A DNA stretch of 64,000 nt from an uncultured Candidatus Saccharibacteria bacterium (GTDB lineage Bacteria; Patescibacteriota; Minisyncoccia; Phycocordibacterales; CAYGLL01). The stretch lies in assembly GCA_964350935.1 (NCBI GenBank), contig CAYGLL010000004.1, positions 9,267-73,266 of the forward strand. The letters run 5' to 3'. The position numbers and the translations under genes were made by a program. The notes below the pieces were generated by a model. It was not told the origin of the DNA and ran no database searches. It was given only the letters and a program-made list of their open reading frames with translations. This document shows positions 18,951 through 31,933 of the stretch, piece after piece (the stretch's first letter is position 1; each line of letters begins with the position of its first letter).

Positions 18951-20762
18951 CTAGACCTTTCCGTCGCGCTCGGCGCGGATGCGGTCATTTTTAGTGAGGA
19001 ATTTTTTACGCAAACGAACGGACTTGGGTGTAATTTCGAGATACTCATCTTCCTGCATGATCTCAAGACCGCGCTCAATGGTAAGTACGAGTGGCGGCAC
19101 GAGATCGATCGCCTCATCAGCTCCTTTAGAGCGAACGTTGCTTAATTGTTTTCCCTTCGTCGGGTTAACCTCCATGTCTTCGCCTTTAGTAACGTTACCG
19201 ATAACCATTCCTTCGTATATCTCAACTCCCGGGCCGATATAGAGAATACCGCGATCCTGAAGTCCCCAAAGAGAAAAGGCAACTGATTTTCCCGTAATCA
19301 TTGAGATCATGGCGCCAAAGCTATGTTTCTCAATATCTCCAGCGTGAGGACGAAACGCGACAAAGCGTGACGAAATAATTCCATCACCTTTAGTGTCAAT
19401 AACGAACTCCCCGCGGTAGCCCAAAAGACCGCGTGTAGGTATTTCAAAAATAAGACGCGTATTACCTTCGTGCTCCTTGAGATTCGTCATGACTCCGCGA
19501 CGGCGTTGAAGTTTTTCAATAACAGCGCTTGCGAGTTCATTTTTCACGTCAACGATCACTTCTTCAAAAGGTTCACAGAGCACGCCGTCAACTTCCTTAG
19601 TGATTACTTGCGGCTGAGAAACCTGAACTTCATATCCAGCGCGGCGCATATTTTCAAGAAGAATTGAAATGTGGAGTTCCCCGCGCCCGTACACTTTAAA
19701 GTAATCGTTTGCTGAAAAATCAATTTTAAGTCCGACGTTTACCTCGAGTTCTTTTTCAAGCCGCTCACGGATCTGGCGGCTCGTGACGAATTTACCCTCG
19801 CGGCCGGCGAAGGAGGAATTGTTAACGAGAAAGTTGAGCGAAATGGTGGGCTCGTCGATGGCGATCGTGGGCAGAAGTTCCTGATCTGCGCTATCACAAA
19901 TCGTATCGCCAATATAAACGTCAGGGAAACCGGCGATCATCACGATGTCTCCGGCAAGCGCCTCAGGAACTTCTTTTTTAGAGAGGCCCTCAAACGTTTG
20001 AAGTTTGGTAATACGTCCGGTTGATATTTTTCCGTCCGGTTTTTTAATTGTTAACGTTGAGCCGGCCTTAATTTTGCCTTCGTAAATACGAGCGACGGCC
20101 ATGCGTCCAAGAAAGTTGTCGTACGCAAGGTTAAAAGGTTGGGCGCGCAAGGGCAGATCTTCCTTTCCAGATGCGGGAGGAATATGTTCAAGGATGGTTT
20201 CAAGGAGGGGAACAAGGTTGGTTGAAGTGTCCGTCAGTTTTTTCTTCGCCATTCCTTCGCGACCTATTGCATAAAGGTACGGAAAGTCGAGTTGAGCATC
20301 GTTTGCGCCAAGTTCAATGAATAGCTCCAAAACCTCGTCATGAACTTCAGCGGGACGGGCAGCTTTTTTATCAATCTTATTGATAACTACAATTGGTTTC
20401 AGCCCCAGTTCGAGTGATTTTTTGAGTACAAAGCGTGTTTGAGGCATAGGGCCTTCCTGTGCATCAACTACTAAAATAACGGTATCGATTGAACGAAGAA
20501 CGCGCTCAACTTCTGATCCGAAATCGGCGTGCCCGGGCGTGTCGACAATGTTGATTTTGGTAGTCGGTTTTTCGGAGTCTTTCGCAGGGTAATAGAGCGA
20601 GGTGTTTTTTGCGTAGATCGTAATACCGCGTTCCCGTTCGAGGTCATTGGAATCCATACTCTCACCCTCGCTAAAAGAACCAAACTGACGCATGAGTGCG
20701 TCAGTGAGTGTCGTCTTGCCGTGGTCGACGTGTGCAATTATAGCGATGTTTCTAATTTCCAT
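18951..20762 (-). CDS. typA: translational GTPase TypA/BipA
   Basis: G1 [10 protein letters not shown]3 DTPGH, G4 NKID; EF-G-like domains; 603 aa. Confidence 0.9.
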   Translation of the reverse strand: MEIRNIAIIAHVDHGKTTLTDALMRQFGSFSEGESMDSNDLERERGITIYAKNTSLYYPAKDSEKPTTKINIVDTPGHADFGSEVERVLRSIDTVILVVDAQEGPMPQTRFVLKKSLELGLKPIVVINKIDKKAARPAEVHDEVLELFIELGANDAQLDFPYLYAIGREGMAKKKLTDTSTNLVPLLETILEHIPPASGKEDLPLRAQPFNLAYDNFLGRMAVARIYEGKIKAGSTLTIKKPDGKISTGRITKLQTFEGLSKKEVPEALAGDIVMIAGFPDVYIGDTICDSADQELLPTIAIDEPTISLNFLVNNSSFAGREGKFVTSRQIRERLEKELEVNVGLKIDFSANDYFKVYGRGELHISILLENMRRAGYEVQVSQPQVITKEVDGVLCEPFEEVIVDVKNELASAVIEKLQRRRGVMTNLKEHEGNTRLIFEIPTRGLLGYRGEFVIDTKGDGIISSRFVAFRPHAGDIEKHSFGAMISMITGKSVAFSLWGLQDRGILYIGPGVEIYEGMVIGNVTKGEDMEVNPTKGKQLSNVRSKGADEAIDLVPPLVLTIERGLEIMQEDEYLEITPKSVRLRKKFLTKNDRIRAERDGKV

Positions 20763-21000
20763 TGAAGTTGATTAGATTGCACACGTCGATCGAAAGGGGT
20801 CGGGAAAACTGTAGTTTTCCCGTGCAGGAACGCAGCGAGTCTTCGAGCGTTGAGAATCGTGGGTGAGAAGCGAATACGTGGAGCTTCGCAAGACCTTGTG
20901 AGCTCGATTCCCAGAGAGCCACAAGGTATACCGAACCTGTAAGGTTCTCAAGAAGCGAAGCGACGACGGGTGCGATGATCGCAATATTACGGATTTCCAT
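20752..21000 (-). pseudogene. relic 5' fragment of a second typA-like gene (or uORF) abutting typA start
   Basis: 82-aa ORF begins [10 protein letters not shown], identical to the typA N-terminus but encoded with different synonymous codons; diverges after residue 10; its TAG stop overlaps the typA ATG (ATGGAAATTAG); locally higher GC. Confidence 0.4.
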
Positions 21001-21130
21001 TGAGATGACAATTGAAACATTTTGCCCTTATTTTGTCAAAACACTTTGAGAATAGGGCCTTTCCTGGTAAAATGCGCGTGTTGGTTTGGGGTAGAAAGGT
21101 CACCAGTATATTTTTAATACGTAAAAGTAA

Positions 21131-21355
<225 letters not shown>

Positions 21356-21376
21356 ATATAGAGACTCAGCCTAACG

Positions 21377-21883
21377 ATGTCTGAACTAATCACGAGTCTT
21401 GGGATTGAGTGGAAAATTTTGCTCGCGCAAATTGTTAACTTCGCGATTCTTTTTTTTGTGTTAAAACGCTTTGCAATTGGGCCGATTATGGCCATTCTTG
21501 AGCGGCGTGAGAAAAAGTTGTCAGAGCAGCACAATGCAGGAGAGGTGATTGAAAAAAAGCTTGCAGATATTGAACATCAGAAAAAAGAAATTCTCGACGC
21601 GGCGCGAATTCAGTCGACCTCGATAATTAAAGATGCTGAACTCGCGGCAACGTCTCTGGTTGCAGAAGCGCGCAAGGTAGGCGAGGCAGAAGCGGCATCC
21701 ATTATTCAGACGGGGAAGAAAGTCATACAAGATGAACGTACACTCGCCGAGTCGAGTCTTAAGAGTGAAATTGGAACTCTGGTTGCCGATGCTGTTGAGA
21801 AAGCGGTTGGTAAAGCGATAGATAAACGCGGTCACAGCGCTCTTGTTGAGGAGGCAAAAGAAATAATTATGTCTCAAAATTAA
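21377..21883 (+). CDS. atpF: F0F1 ATP synthase subunit b
   Basis: single N-terminal TM helix then long charged helix; position between atpE and atpH. Confidence 0.8.
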   Translation: MSELITSLGIEWKILLAQIVNFAILFFVLKRFAIGPIMAILERREKKLSEQHNAGEVIEKKLADIEHQKKEILDAARIQSTSIIKDAELAATSLVAEARKVGEAEAASIIQTGKKVIQDERTLAESSLKSEIGTLVADAVEKAVGKAIDKRGHSALVEEAKEIIMSQN

Positions 21884-21892
21884 ATACGTACG

Positions 21893-22264
21893 ATGAAAAC
21901 AACTCCCAAACACTATGCAGAGGCGCTGGACCACCTGCTTAACAAGAAGCTTGCTCTACGGGAAGTGTGCAAAGAGTTGGCGAACCTGTTGGTTTTACGA
22001 GGAGAGAGCGGAAAAGTGAATGATATCGAGCGTGCGTACGAAACGTTTCGTTCAAAGCGTAACAATGAAGTGATTGCGCAGGTTGTAGGCGGACAACCTC
22101 TCCCGGGACAGGTGTTTTCAAAAGAGTTTCAAGGAAAAAAAATTCGGGAAGAACACAGAATAGACGAAGCACAGATTGCCGGAGTGCGCATCAGAATCGG
22201 AGACTCTCTTATCGATAACACGATCGCACACAGACTCCGCGATCTAAAAAATGCGCTTAGATAG
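21893..22264 (+). CDS. atpH: F0F1 ATP synthase subunit delta (short form)
   Basis: C-terminal GVRIRIGDSLIDNTIAHRLRDL matches the delta/OSCP C-terminus; 123 aa is shorter than usual. Confidence 0.65.
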   Translation: MKTTPKHYAEALDHLLNKKLALREVCKELANLLVLRGESGKVNDIERAYETFRSKRNNEVIAQVVGGQPLPGQVFSKEFQGKKIREEHRIDEAQIAGVRIRIGDSLIDNTIAHRLRDLKNALR

Positions 22265-22281
22265 TTTTTTAATACACACTC

Positions 22282-23820
22282 ATGGACACCAAAAAAATTT
22301 TTGATGAATTACGAAACCAGATTGCGGGAGTAAAATCTGCTCCTGAGGTGCTTCATGTCGGCGTTGTAGCAAAGGTGTACGATGTCGTAGCGATTGTGCG
22401 CGGACTCTCGAAGGTTCGTTTTTCAGAAATCGTTGAGTTTGAAGTTCAAAATTCGAGTAAGAAAGTTTTTGGCGTTGCGCAGAATCTTGAAGAAGATTCA
22501 GTCGGTGTCATTATTCTTGGCGACGTGGGAATGGTTTCGGAAGGACAGAGCGTTAGAAGTACTGGTGAAATTCTCTCCATTCCCTGTGGGCCTGAGCTTG
22601 TGGGGCGGGTCGTAAATCCATTAGGCGAGCCAATTGATGGTGGTCCGCAATTTGCGCTTGAAAAAATGAAACGCTTTCCACTGGAGAAGGTTGCGCCGGG
22701 TGTCATTACACGTGAGTCAGTTAAAATTCCTCTTCACACCGGTCTCAAAGCAATTGACGGTATGATTCCGATTGGTCGCGGACAGCGCGAACTCATCATC
22801 GGTGACCGTCAGACGGGAAAGACGGCAATTGCTATCGATACCATTATCAATCAGAAGAACGAGACCAAAAATCCACGTCCTATTTGTATTTACGTTGCAA
22901 TTGGTCAGAAAGAATCAAAAATTGCGCAGATCGTCGAACGCCTTAAAAAAAGTGGCGCGATGGAATATACGATTGTCGTTGTTGCCGGTGCCGCATCAGG
23001 TTCAGCTCTTCAGTATCTCTCGCCGTATGCCGGTTGTGCGATCGGCGAATATTTCATGTCGGAAGGGAAGGATGCCCTCGTTATTTATGATGATCTTACC
23101 AAACACGCATGGGCCTACCGAGAAATTTCGCTCTTGCTTCGCCGTCCGCCCGGCCGAGAAGCATATCCGGGTGACATTTTTTATCTTCATTCAAAACTCC
23201 TGGAGCGCGCGGCAAAATTAAACAAAGAGTTTGGTGGGGGATCCTTAACAGCGCTTCCCATTATTGAAACGCAGCAGAATGATATCTCGGCCTACATTCC
23301 TACCAACGTCATTTCGATTACCGACGGTCAGATTTATCTTGAGTCGGAGCTTTTTTATCAAGGTATTAGGCCGGCTGTGAATGTTGGACTTTCAGTGTCA
23401 CGTGTTGGTTCTTCAGCTCAAACTAAAGCAATGAAAAAAGTTGCGGGTACGCTTCGTCTTGAGCTTGCACAGTTTCGCGAACTTGCCGCATTTGCACAGT
23501 TCGGACAGGACCTTGATGCAGAAACTAGGAAGAAGATTGATCGTGGCGAACGTCTCACTGAACTTTTGAAACAGGCTCAGTTTTCAACACTTCCATTTGA
23601 GGAAGAGTCTATTTCAATTTTCTCTGCGGTTAATGGTTTTCTGGATTCGGTTCCTGTTGATGCTGTTCAAAAATTTGAAAAAGAATTGTTGAAATTTATT
23701 CGCGAGCGTCACAAGAAACTGCTGGAAACGATTCGCACCTCAGGTGAATTTTCTGAAGAGAGTACCTCGATGCTCAGTGCCGCTATAAAAGATTTCGGTG
23801 ATAATTATTTCAAGCAATAG
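22282..23820 (+). CDS. atpA: F0F1 ATP synthase subunit alpha
   Basis: Walker A GDRQTGKT, typical alpha length and motifs. Confidence 0.95.
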   Translation: MDTKKIFDELRNQIAGVKSAPEVLHVGVVAKVYDVVAIVRGLSKVRFSEIVEFEVQNSSKKVFGVAQNLEEDSVGVIILGDVGMVSEGQSVRSTGEILSIPCGPELVGRVVNPLGEPIDGGPQFALEKMKRFPLEKVAPGVITRESVKIPLHTGLKAIDGMIPIGRGQRELIIGDRQTGKTAIAIDTIINQKNETKNPRPICIYVAIGQKESKIAQIVERLKKSGAMEYTIVVVAGAASGSALQYLSPYAGCAIGEYFMSEGKDALVIYDDLTKHAWAYREISLLLRRPPGREAYPGDIFYLHSKLLERAAKLNKEFGGGSLTALPIIETQQNDISAYIPTNVISITDGQIYLESELFYQGIRPAVNVGLSVSRVGSSAQTKAMKKVAGTLRLELAQFRELAAFAQFGQDLDAETRKKIDRGERLTELLKQAQFSTLPFEEESISIFSAVNGFLDSVPVDAVQKFEKELLKFIRERHKKLLETIRTSGEFSEESTSMLSAAIKDFGDNYFKQ

Positions 23821-23858
23821 TACCTTCCGACAAGTCTGACTTGTCGGATAATCAATGT

Positions 23859-26181
<2,323 letters not shown>

Positions 26182-26183
26182 CT

Positions 26184-26720
26184 ATGAAAGTTAAATCTGC
26201 ACTAAAGTGGGCAGTAGTATGGATCGCCATTTACGGCTCAGGCATTGTTGCTGCCCAAACGCTTATTGCAAAAATTTCCGATCATTCCTCGAGGTCATTA
26301 TTTGAGCACTTACTCAAGGCCGCTACTCCTCTTACTGGTTGTGAAAGCCCTGGTTGCATCTTTCTTATCCCGATTTATTTTTTTACTTTTGGATTAGTAG
26401 TATTTTCATTCTCCTACTTAGTCGATTATTTTTTTCTTCCACTCAAGGGGGAAGAAGGACAAGTCACTATTTCTCGTCGAGTTGTCGCGCGTTCTAAGTT
26501 TTTTGTTCTCTATGTTATCCCTATAGCTATATTTACCGTGTGGGCATTGAACTCAATTCAAACGCAAGAGGAAAATGCGGCAGATTTGGAGAGGTATCGC
26601 AATCGCGAGTGCCTGATGATTGCTAATGAAAATTTGAGAGACCAGTGCTATCTCGACGCGAAAATGTGTAAAGAAATTGTTAACCCGGTGCGTAAGAGTG
26701 ATTGTTTAAAATTATTATGA
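26184..26720 (+). CDS. hypothetical membrane protein inserted between atpD and atpC, Cys-rich C-terminus
   Basis: 3 predicted TM helices; C-terminal C..C....C motifs; 2-nt spacing from atpD and 4-nt from atpC imply co-transcription. Confidence 0.45.
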   Translation: MKVKSALKWAVVWIAIYGSGIVAAQTLIAKISDHSSRSLFEHLLKAATPLTGCESPGCIFLIPIYFFTFGLVVFSFSYLVDYFFLPLKGEEGQVTISRRVVARSKFFVLYVIPIAIFTVWALNSIQTQEENAADLERYRNRECLMIANENLRDQCYLDAKMCKEIVNPVRKSDCLKLL

Positions 26721-26724
26721 CCAT

Positions 26725-26964
26725 ATGAAAGTTTTTATTCATTCGCTCGATAAAACGTTGTTTGAGGGTGAGGCCTCAGTTGCCATACTTCCGGCCGAAA
26801 GTGGGGAAGTCAGTATCTTGAATAAGCACATTCCCCTTGTAACTTCATTAAAAAAGGGGACTATCAGGATTAAGGGTGCTGAAGCACAGATAAAAAATAT
26901 TTCTATTCTGAGTGGTTTTGCAGAAATAAATCCAGAGCGCATTACCGTATTGGTAAACCAATAA
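26725..26964 (+). CDS. atpC: F0F1 ATP synthase subunit epsilon (beta-sandwich domain only)
   Basis: MKVFIHSLDKTLFEGEASVAILPAESGEVSIL matches the epsilon N-domain; 79 aa lacks the C-terminal helical hairpin. Confidence 0.7.
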   Translation: MKVFIHSLDKTLFEGEASVAILPAESGEVSILNKHIPLVTSLKKGTIRIKGAEAQIKNISILSGFAEINPERITVLVNQ

Positions 26965-27280
26965 AATCGCGAGGGTGGGATCTAAAAAACCTACCTGTGG
27001 ATAACTGTCAAGGGAAGCGGCGCCTTAGAATATGGTAACGTCGCACAATATACCTTTTGCGACATAGATATTGCTTAAATCTGGACGGCTCTATATTTAG
27101 CTACCCCCTCTTTCCTTTTTTTAACAATCTTTACTAAAATGCATTAGTCGGGTTCTCATAACCATCGACACAAGCCTTGCCCGGCGGAGTCTAGTCACAG
27201 TTTTCTACAACTGTTTTCTCCGAGCAAGGCCCTTTATTTTTCTTTCACAAATGTCTTTCCCTTCTTTCTAAACTAGTACA

Positions 27281-27306
27281 AAAAGCCTGGCTACGGGCTT
27301 TTTGCT
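27281..27306. terminator. bidirectional hairpin terminator
   Basis: aaaaagcc-tggctacg-ggcttttt with T/A runs on both strands. Confidence 0.55.
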
Positions 27307-27340
27307 TAAATTTGACTTCCCCGAGCTTAATTTTAGGTCT

Positions 27341-27628
27341 TTAGGTCTGCGGTGCGAGGATGGTTGATGGGTCAACCGCAGGCTCGATTAAATTAATTTT
27401 CTCCAAAAGAGGTCGTAGCGCATGATCCCAAACCCACATGAGCCAGTACCAGATATAGTTTGTCCATAGATCTTTGATCCAGTTCCAGATAAATGCGCCT
27501 TTTTCTTTAAATTCAGGTGACGTGAGCACTTTTTTAATATCAAAACCCCAGTAAGCTAAAATGGCGAGAATGATAACAATAAGAATGATTGCTTTTATGA
27601 ATCCGTGCTCGCGCCCCGTTTTATTCAT
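27341..27628 (-). CDS. small Trp-rich two-TM membrane protein
   Basis: ORF with TM helices; ATG internal to GTG-initiated ORF. Confidence 0.35.
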   Translation of the reverse strand: MNKTGREHGFIKAIILIVIILAILAYWGFDIKKVLTSPEFKEKGAFIWNWIKDLWTNYIWYWLMWVWDHALRPLLEKINLIEPAVDPSTILAPQT

Positions 27629-27648
27629 GAGAAAATTATGCACTAAAA

Positions 27649-28944
27649 TTATGGCTTAGGCAAGTATTCCAGTGGATTAAGATAGGCATCTTTGGTGGCA
27701 ACCGGCATAGTTACATTCTTACAGAACTTCCCTTGCGCAAATTTTTCAACTTTGACTCCCTGAGTTGCGTACACGGTAAAGTGTAGGTGCGGACCTGTTG
27801 CATAGCCGGTTGAACCGCTGTATCCAATAATCTCACCAGTCGCGACGGGTTGTCCGACAGCAACACTGATAACCGAAAGATGGGCGTAGAGAGTGGAAAG
27901 ACCGTTGTCGTGTTTTATCAAAACCCATTTTCCGTATGAGTAACAGCCGCTCACCACATCAGTGTTCCCTGTTCCGGTAACGATTCCTGAAAGTGATGCT
28001 TTGAGTGGCGTACCGTTTGGTGCACGAAGATCAATTCCATTATGAGTTCCGGATACGTAAAGCCGCTTGGCATCCTGAGTTGCTCCGAAGTTTTGAGTAA
28101 TAAGAGGTTTATCAAGCGGCCAACTAAGCACCGTGCTGCCCTCTGTTGGAAGTTTGGACTTATCAATCTCAATTTTGAGTTGCGATTCAGCAGCAGCGAG
28201 CTCCTTTTCAAATTCCGCTTTTTTCTGCATTTTTTCCGCGAGCACTTTCTTGTAATTTTCCTGTTTGTCCTGTGTCTGTGTCAACAGCGTCGCTTTTTGC
28301 TGTTTGTTATATTCAGCAGCTTTGTTTTTATCTGAGAGCTCTGTTTTAAGTTCAGTAAGCTCAGCGCGGACTCCTTCCTGCTCGCGCTTATCACCCTCAA
28401 GATCAATCTTAATAAGCGTTAGTTCGTGTACGCGCGTATTCATGGAATTTTGAAGCTCAGCCCGTGTATCCTGTTCGCCCCATAAGACTGATAATCGGCT
28501 GAAGGCCAGGAGAGATTCTAAAAGCGAATGTGTGTCAGCTTCGTGCATTTTTCTAAACTGTTCTTTTATGGCGCGTTCCTGAAGTGAACGACTTTTTTCC
28601 TTTTCATTAATCTCAAAGCCAATTTTCTGAATGGTAAGCTCCGCAGAGGAAATTTTATTCTGAGTAACTTTAAGTTCTGCGCCCAGTTTTTTTTGTGTTG
28701 AATCCAGCGTTTTTATGGCACTCTGCAAATTCGTCGTCTCTTTGACAGTTGTCTTGATCTGTTCCTGGTAAATGCCAATTTCCTTGGTAAGTTCTTGAAT
28801 AGTTTTTGCGTGAGTATCAATTTTAGACTTAAGTTCCACAATAGCTTGGGACGAGTCGGTTGTCTGTGCAAAACCAAGTGGTGGCGTCATTAAAAGACCG
28901 CCCACGCTGATGGCTATAAGAAATAAAATAGTTCCGCGGTACAT
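27649..28944 (-). CDS. M23/LytM peptidase with N-terminal signal and long coiled coil (EnvC-like)
   Basis: signal peptide; roughly 250 aa coiled coil; C-terminal M23 motifs HNGIDL..G.P..A...G.V and HLHF. Confidence 0.75.
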   Translation of the reverse strand: MYRGTILFLIAISVGGLLMTPPLGFAQTTDSSQAIVELKSKIDTHAKTIQELTKEIGIYQEQIKTTVKETTNLQSAIKTLDSTQKKLGAELKVTQNKISSAELTIQKIGFEINEKEKSRSLQERAIKEQFRKMHEADTHSLLESLLAFSRLSVLWGEQDTRAELQNSMNTRVHELTLIKIDLEGDKREQEGVRAELTELKTELSDKNKAAEYNKQQKATLLTQTQDKQENYKKVLAEKMQKKAEFEKELAAAESQLKIEIDKSKLPTEGSTVLSWPLDKPLITQNFGATQDAKRLYVSGTHNGIDLRAPNGTPLKASLSGIVTGTGNTDVVSGCYSYGKWVLIKHDNGLSTLYAHLSVISVAVGQPVATGEIIGYSGSTGYATGPHLHFTVYATQGVKVEKFAQGKFCKNVTMPVATKDAYLNPLEYLPKP

Positions 28945-28952
28945 AGTTTAAT

Positions 28953-30308
28953 TTAAAGCTTAGAAACGGCTATATCAATTCGCCTGAGCACCTCTTCCTT
29001 TCCAAGAATTTCAGCAAGTACAAAAGGATCAGGCGATTTTTCTTTTCCCGAAAGGGCAACTCGCAACGGCCACAGGATCGAACCTCTTCCCTTTTCGGTT
29101 GCAAAAATCCAGAGTGCCTCTTTGACCTTTTCTTTTGTAAAAAAATCCTCAGGCAGTTGCTCTAATATTTTTTTGGTTTGAGTAAGGTGGTCTATTGTAG
29201 TGTTGAGGTCAGGATCTTCTCTCCATTTGAGAAGTTCAGCCTCGTACGCTGGTGCCGAGATAAAATACTCAAATTCACCATTTTGTGCCATATCCTCAAT
29301 CTCTTGTAGACGTACAATGCGCTCGAGTGTTACAGGCGCGAGACGTTTAAGAAGTTCAGCAGTGAGTTTCGGGCAAACTTCGTTGAGTTTCTTCTCGATT
29401 TCGCTTATCGAACCGCGTTTTAAGTGTTCTTTATTAATCCAGTCAAGTTTTTGGGTGTTGAAAACTGCGCCGCCTTTTTGAACTTTAGTGATATCGAAAT
29501 TTTTAATGAGTTCGTCGAGCGAAAATATTTCTTGCTCCGTTCCCGGATTCCAGCCAAGAAGCGCCAGATAGTTAAGGAGTGCGTTTGGAAGGTATCCGAG
29601 CTTGCGATACTCAAGCACTGAAACCGCTCCGTGACGTTTAGAGAGCTTTGAGCGGTCGGGTGCAAGTATGAGCGGAATGTGCGCGTAGATTGGTCGAGGC
29701 GCACCGATTGCCTCTTGAATTAAAATTTGCCGGGGTGTGTTTGAGATGTGATCTTCTCCACGCATAACATGTGTAATGCCCATCTCAAAATCATCTACAA
29801 CAACGGCAAGATGGTAGAGCGGTTCCTCCAAGCTTTTTGCAATGACAAAATCTTTTAACTCGGTTGTATCAAATTCGATGGTTCCGCGAACCATGTCCTC
29901 AAAAACAATTTTTTTATTCGGATTCTTAAAGCGTATGACCTCAGAGCGCCTGAGTCCCGAGTCTGTCGAGGGATTTCCCTCGGCGGATTCTTCTTTTGAA
30001 ACATAGGCTGCTCCGGAATCAACAAGCGCTTTGAGGTGGTCTTTGTAAATCGCCGTACGTTCGCTTTGTCGAACAGGTTCTCCGTCAAACTGCAGTCCGA
30101 GCCAGTTTAAACTTCCCTGAATATCATTCTCAAATTCTTTTTTCGAACGCTCCTTGTCAGTGTCTTCAAAGCGCAAAACAATTTTTCCACCCATTTGCCG
30201 CGCGAACAGATAGTTAAAAAGCGCAGTCCGTGCTCCGCCAATGTGCAAAAAACCCGTCGGAGACGGTGGAAAACGAACTACAACCTTAGGATCAGCCGTT
30301 TTGCTCAC
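28953..30308 (-). CDS. gltX: glutamyl-tRNA synthetase
   Basis: RFPPSPTGFLHIGGARTALFNYL HIGH region, KLSKR (KMSKS-like). Confidence 0.9.
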   Translation of the reverse strand: MSKTADPKVVVRFPPSPTGFLHIGGARTALFNYLFARQMGGKIVLRFEDTDKERSKKEFENDIQGSLNWLGLQFDGEPVRQSERTAIYKDHLKALVDSGAAYVSKEESAEGNPSTDSGLRRSEVIRFKNPNKKIVFEDMVRGTIEFDTTELKDFVIAKSLEEPLYHLAVVVDDFEMGITHVMRGEDHISNTPRQILIQEAIGAPRPIYAHIPLILAPDRSKLSKRHGAVSVLEYRKLGYLPNALLNYLALLGWNPGTEQEIFSLDELIKNFDITKVQKGGAVFNTQKLDWINKEHLKRGSISEIEKKLNEVCPKLTAELLKRLAPVTLERIVRLQEIEDMAQNGEFEYFISAPAYEAELLKWREDPDLNTTIDHLTQTKKILEQLPEDFFTKEKVKEALWIFATEKGRGSILWPLRVALSGKEKSPDPFVLAEILGKEEVLRRIDIAVSKL

Positions 30309-30437
30309 TTAATAATTATAGCATAGCTAAAAAACGGCTATAAATATTGATCTTACATCTATTGACAATTATGTATTTTATGATATTATGTCTACGAACT
30401 CGGTCTTCACAATTCACAAACTGAAACAATTCAAACT

Positions 30438-30710
30438 ATGATCAAACTGTTCATGCTTGATGTGCTGATGTACATTGTCAACGGCCTGGCCCTCAAATTT
30501 TTGTGGGGCTGGTTTATGGCCAAAAAATTCGAACTCCCGCAACTCTCAGTGCCGGAGGCAATCGGCATAATTTTGGTGGCTTCACTTCTGAGCCACCAGT
30601 TTATTCCGAAGAAAGTCGATAAGGAAACCATCACCGAACTTTACGGCTTCAACTTTGGGATGCCGTGTGTCGTATTTGTGTTCGGCTGGATCGCGCATTT
30701 CTTTATCTAG
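30438..30710 (+). CDS. small three-TM membrane protein
   Basis: ORF, hydrophobic; no family recognised. Confidence 0.35.
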   Translation: MIKLFMLDVLMYIVNGLALKFLWGWFMAKKFELPQLSVPEAIGIILVASLLSHQFIPKKVDKETITELYGFNFGMPCVVFVFGWIAHFFI

Positions 30711-30716
30711 GGGACC

Positions 30717-30772
30717 CATGTCTCCTACCCTCTCCCCTTCTGCTTCGGCAGATCGGGAGAGGTTTTTATTTT
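30717..30772. terminator. bidirectional terminator between small membrane protein gene and murG
   Basis: cctctcccc..ctgcttcggcag..gggagagg hairpin followed by tttttattttt. Confidence 0.6.
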
Positions 30773-30774
30773 TA

Positions 30775-31902
30775 CTACTGATGTGACAGTGCAATATCAA
30801 TCAAAACACGCGCAATTTTGTCAGCCGCATCATTTTTTCCAAATGAAAGTGCAGCTTCATGCATTTTTTCGTATCGTCCCGGCGTTTGGAGAATGGTGTA
30901 GAGTTCCGAAATGAGAATATGAGCACTCAGATTCGATTCCTCGATCACGGTACAAGCTCCCACCCGGTTATACGCAAAAGCATTTTTTCGCTGGTGGTCG
31001 CCGTTCGATTCACTGATGGGAATTAAAATTGAAGGAATGCCCCACACAGCTATTTCAGAAATTGCGGAAGCTCCCGCCCGGGAAATAATGAGTGAGGCGG
31101 CACCGACAGCGTTTCGCATGGTAAGGTCATCGAGATAATCAATTGGTTTATAACGATTTTTAAATTCGCTTTTTTCAAGTTCAACGCTTGCAGTTTGAGC
31201 AACGTAATCAATATTTGCTTTTCCAGTTTGGTGAATGATTTGAAAATTGTTGACGAGTTCCGGAAGCGCGTCGAGTACAACCTCATTAACAATTTGTGCA
31301 CCCTGCGATCCTCCGAGAACTAGAACGGTGGGTATATCGGATTTAAGGTCAAAAAATTCAAATGCACCAGACTTAACCGGTGTGAGAAGTTCCTTTCGAA
31401 TGGGTGTTCCGGTAAGCGCGATGTCTTTCTTTTTAAAATAGTCTGAGGTTTCTGGAAAAGTAATCGCAATCTTCGTGGCAAATCCGGCGGCCCACGCGTT
31501 TACTCTTCCCGGGACAGTATCTGATTCGTGAATAACAACTGGAATACGAAGAAGTCGTGCAGCGAAAACTGCCGGGAAACTCCCATAACCTCCCTTACAA
31601 AAGACCACGTCGGGATACATTTCAAAAAGCAGGAAGACTGCCTTGATACAACCGATGATAGTTTTGGGAATGTCGAACAGGTTTGATGAAGATGAATAAA
31701 GCCTGCGTTTCCCCGCGGGTGCTTTTTTAAAGCGAATGCCGTTATCGAAGAGCATGCGCTCATTGAATGGATTATCTGACATAAAGATAATCTCCGGATC
31801 GAGGAGTTTTTGAGTTTTGCAAATTTCGAAAATGCTCTGCGCAATCGCAATTATCGGGTAAAAGTGCCCGCCACTCCCACCGCCTGTTAAAAGAATCTTC
31901 AT
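30775..31902 (-). CDS. murG: undecaprenyldiphospho-muramoylpentapeptide beta-N-acetylglucosaminyltransferase
   Basis: MKILLTGGGSGGHFYP N-terminal G-loop and GT-B C-domain motifs. Confidence 0.9.
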   Translation of the reverse strand: MKILLTGGGSGGHFYPIIAIAQSIFEICKTQKLLDPEIIFMSDNPFNERMLFDNGIRFKKAPAGKRRLYSSSSNLFDIPKTIIGCIKAVFLLFEMYPDVVFCKGGYGSFPAVFAARLLRIPVVIHESDTVPGRVNAWAAGFATKIAITFPETSDYFKKKDIALTGTPIRKELLTPVKSGAFEFFDLKSDIPTVLVLGGSQGAQIVNEVVLDALPELVNNFQIIHQTGKANIDYVAQTASVELEKSEFKNRYKPIDYLDDLTMRNAVGAASLIISRAGASAISEIAVWGIPSILIPISESNGDHQRKNAFAYNRVGACTVIEESNLSAHILISELYTILQTPGRYEKMHEAALSFGKNDAADKIARVLIDIALSHQ

Positions 31903-31933
31903 GTTTAAAAATTATAGCACAGCGTTCGAGGGG

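Noticed and set aside
20752-21000. Treating the 82-aa [10 protein letters not shown]... ORF as an independent functional gene
   Set aside because: Only the first 10 residues match typA, the rest is low-complexity, and it overlaps the typA start. It is more parsimonious as a relic or uORF, so it is annotated as a pseudogene.
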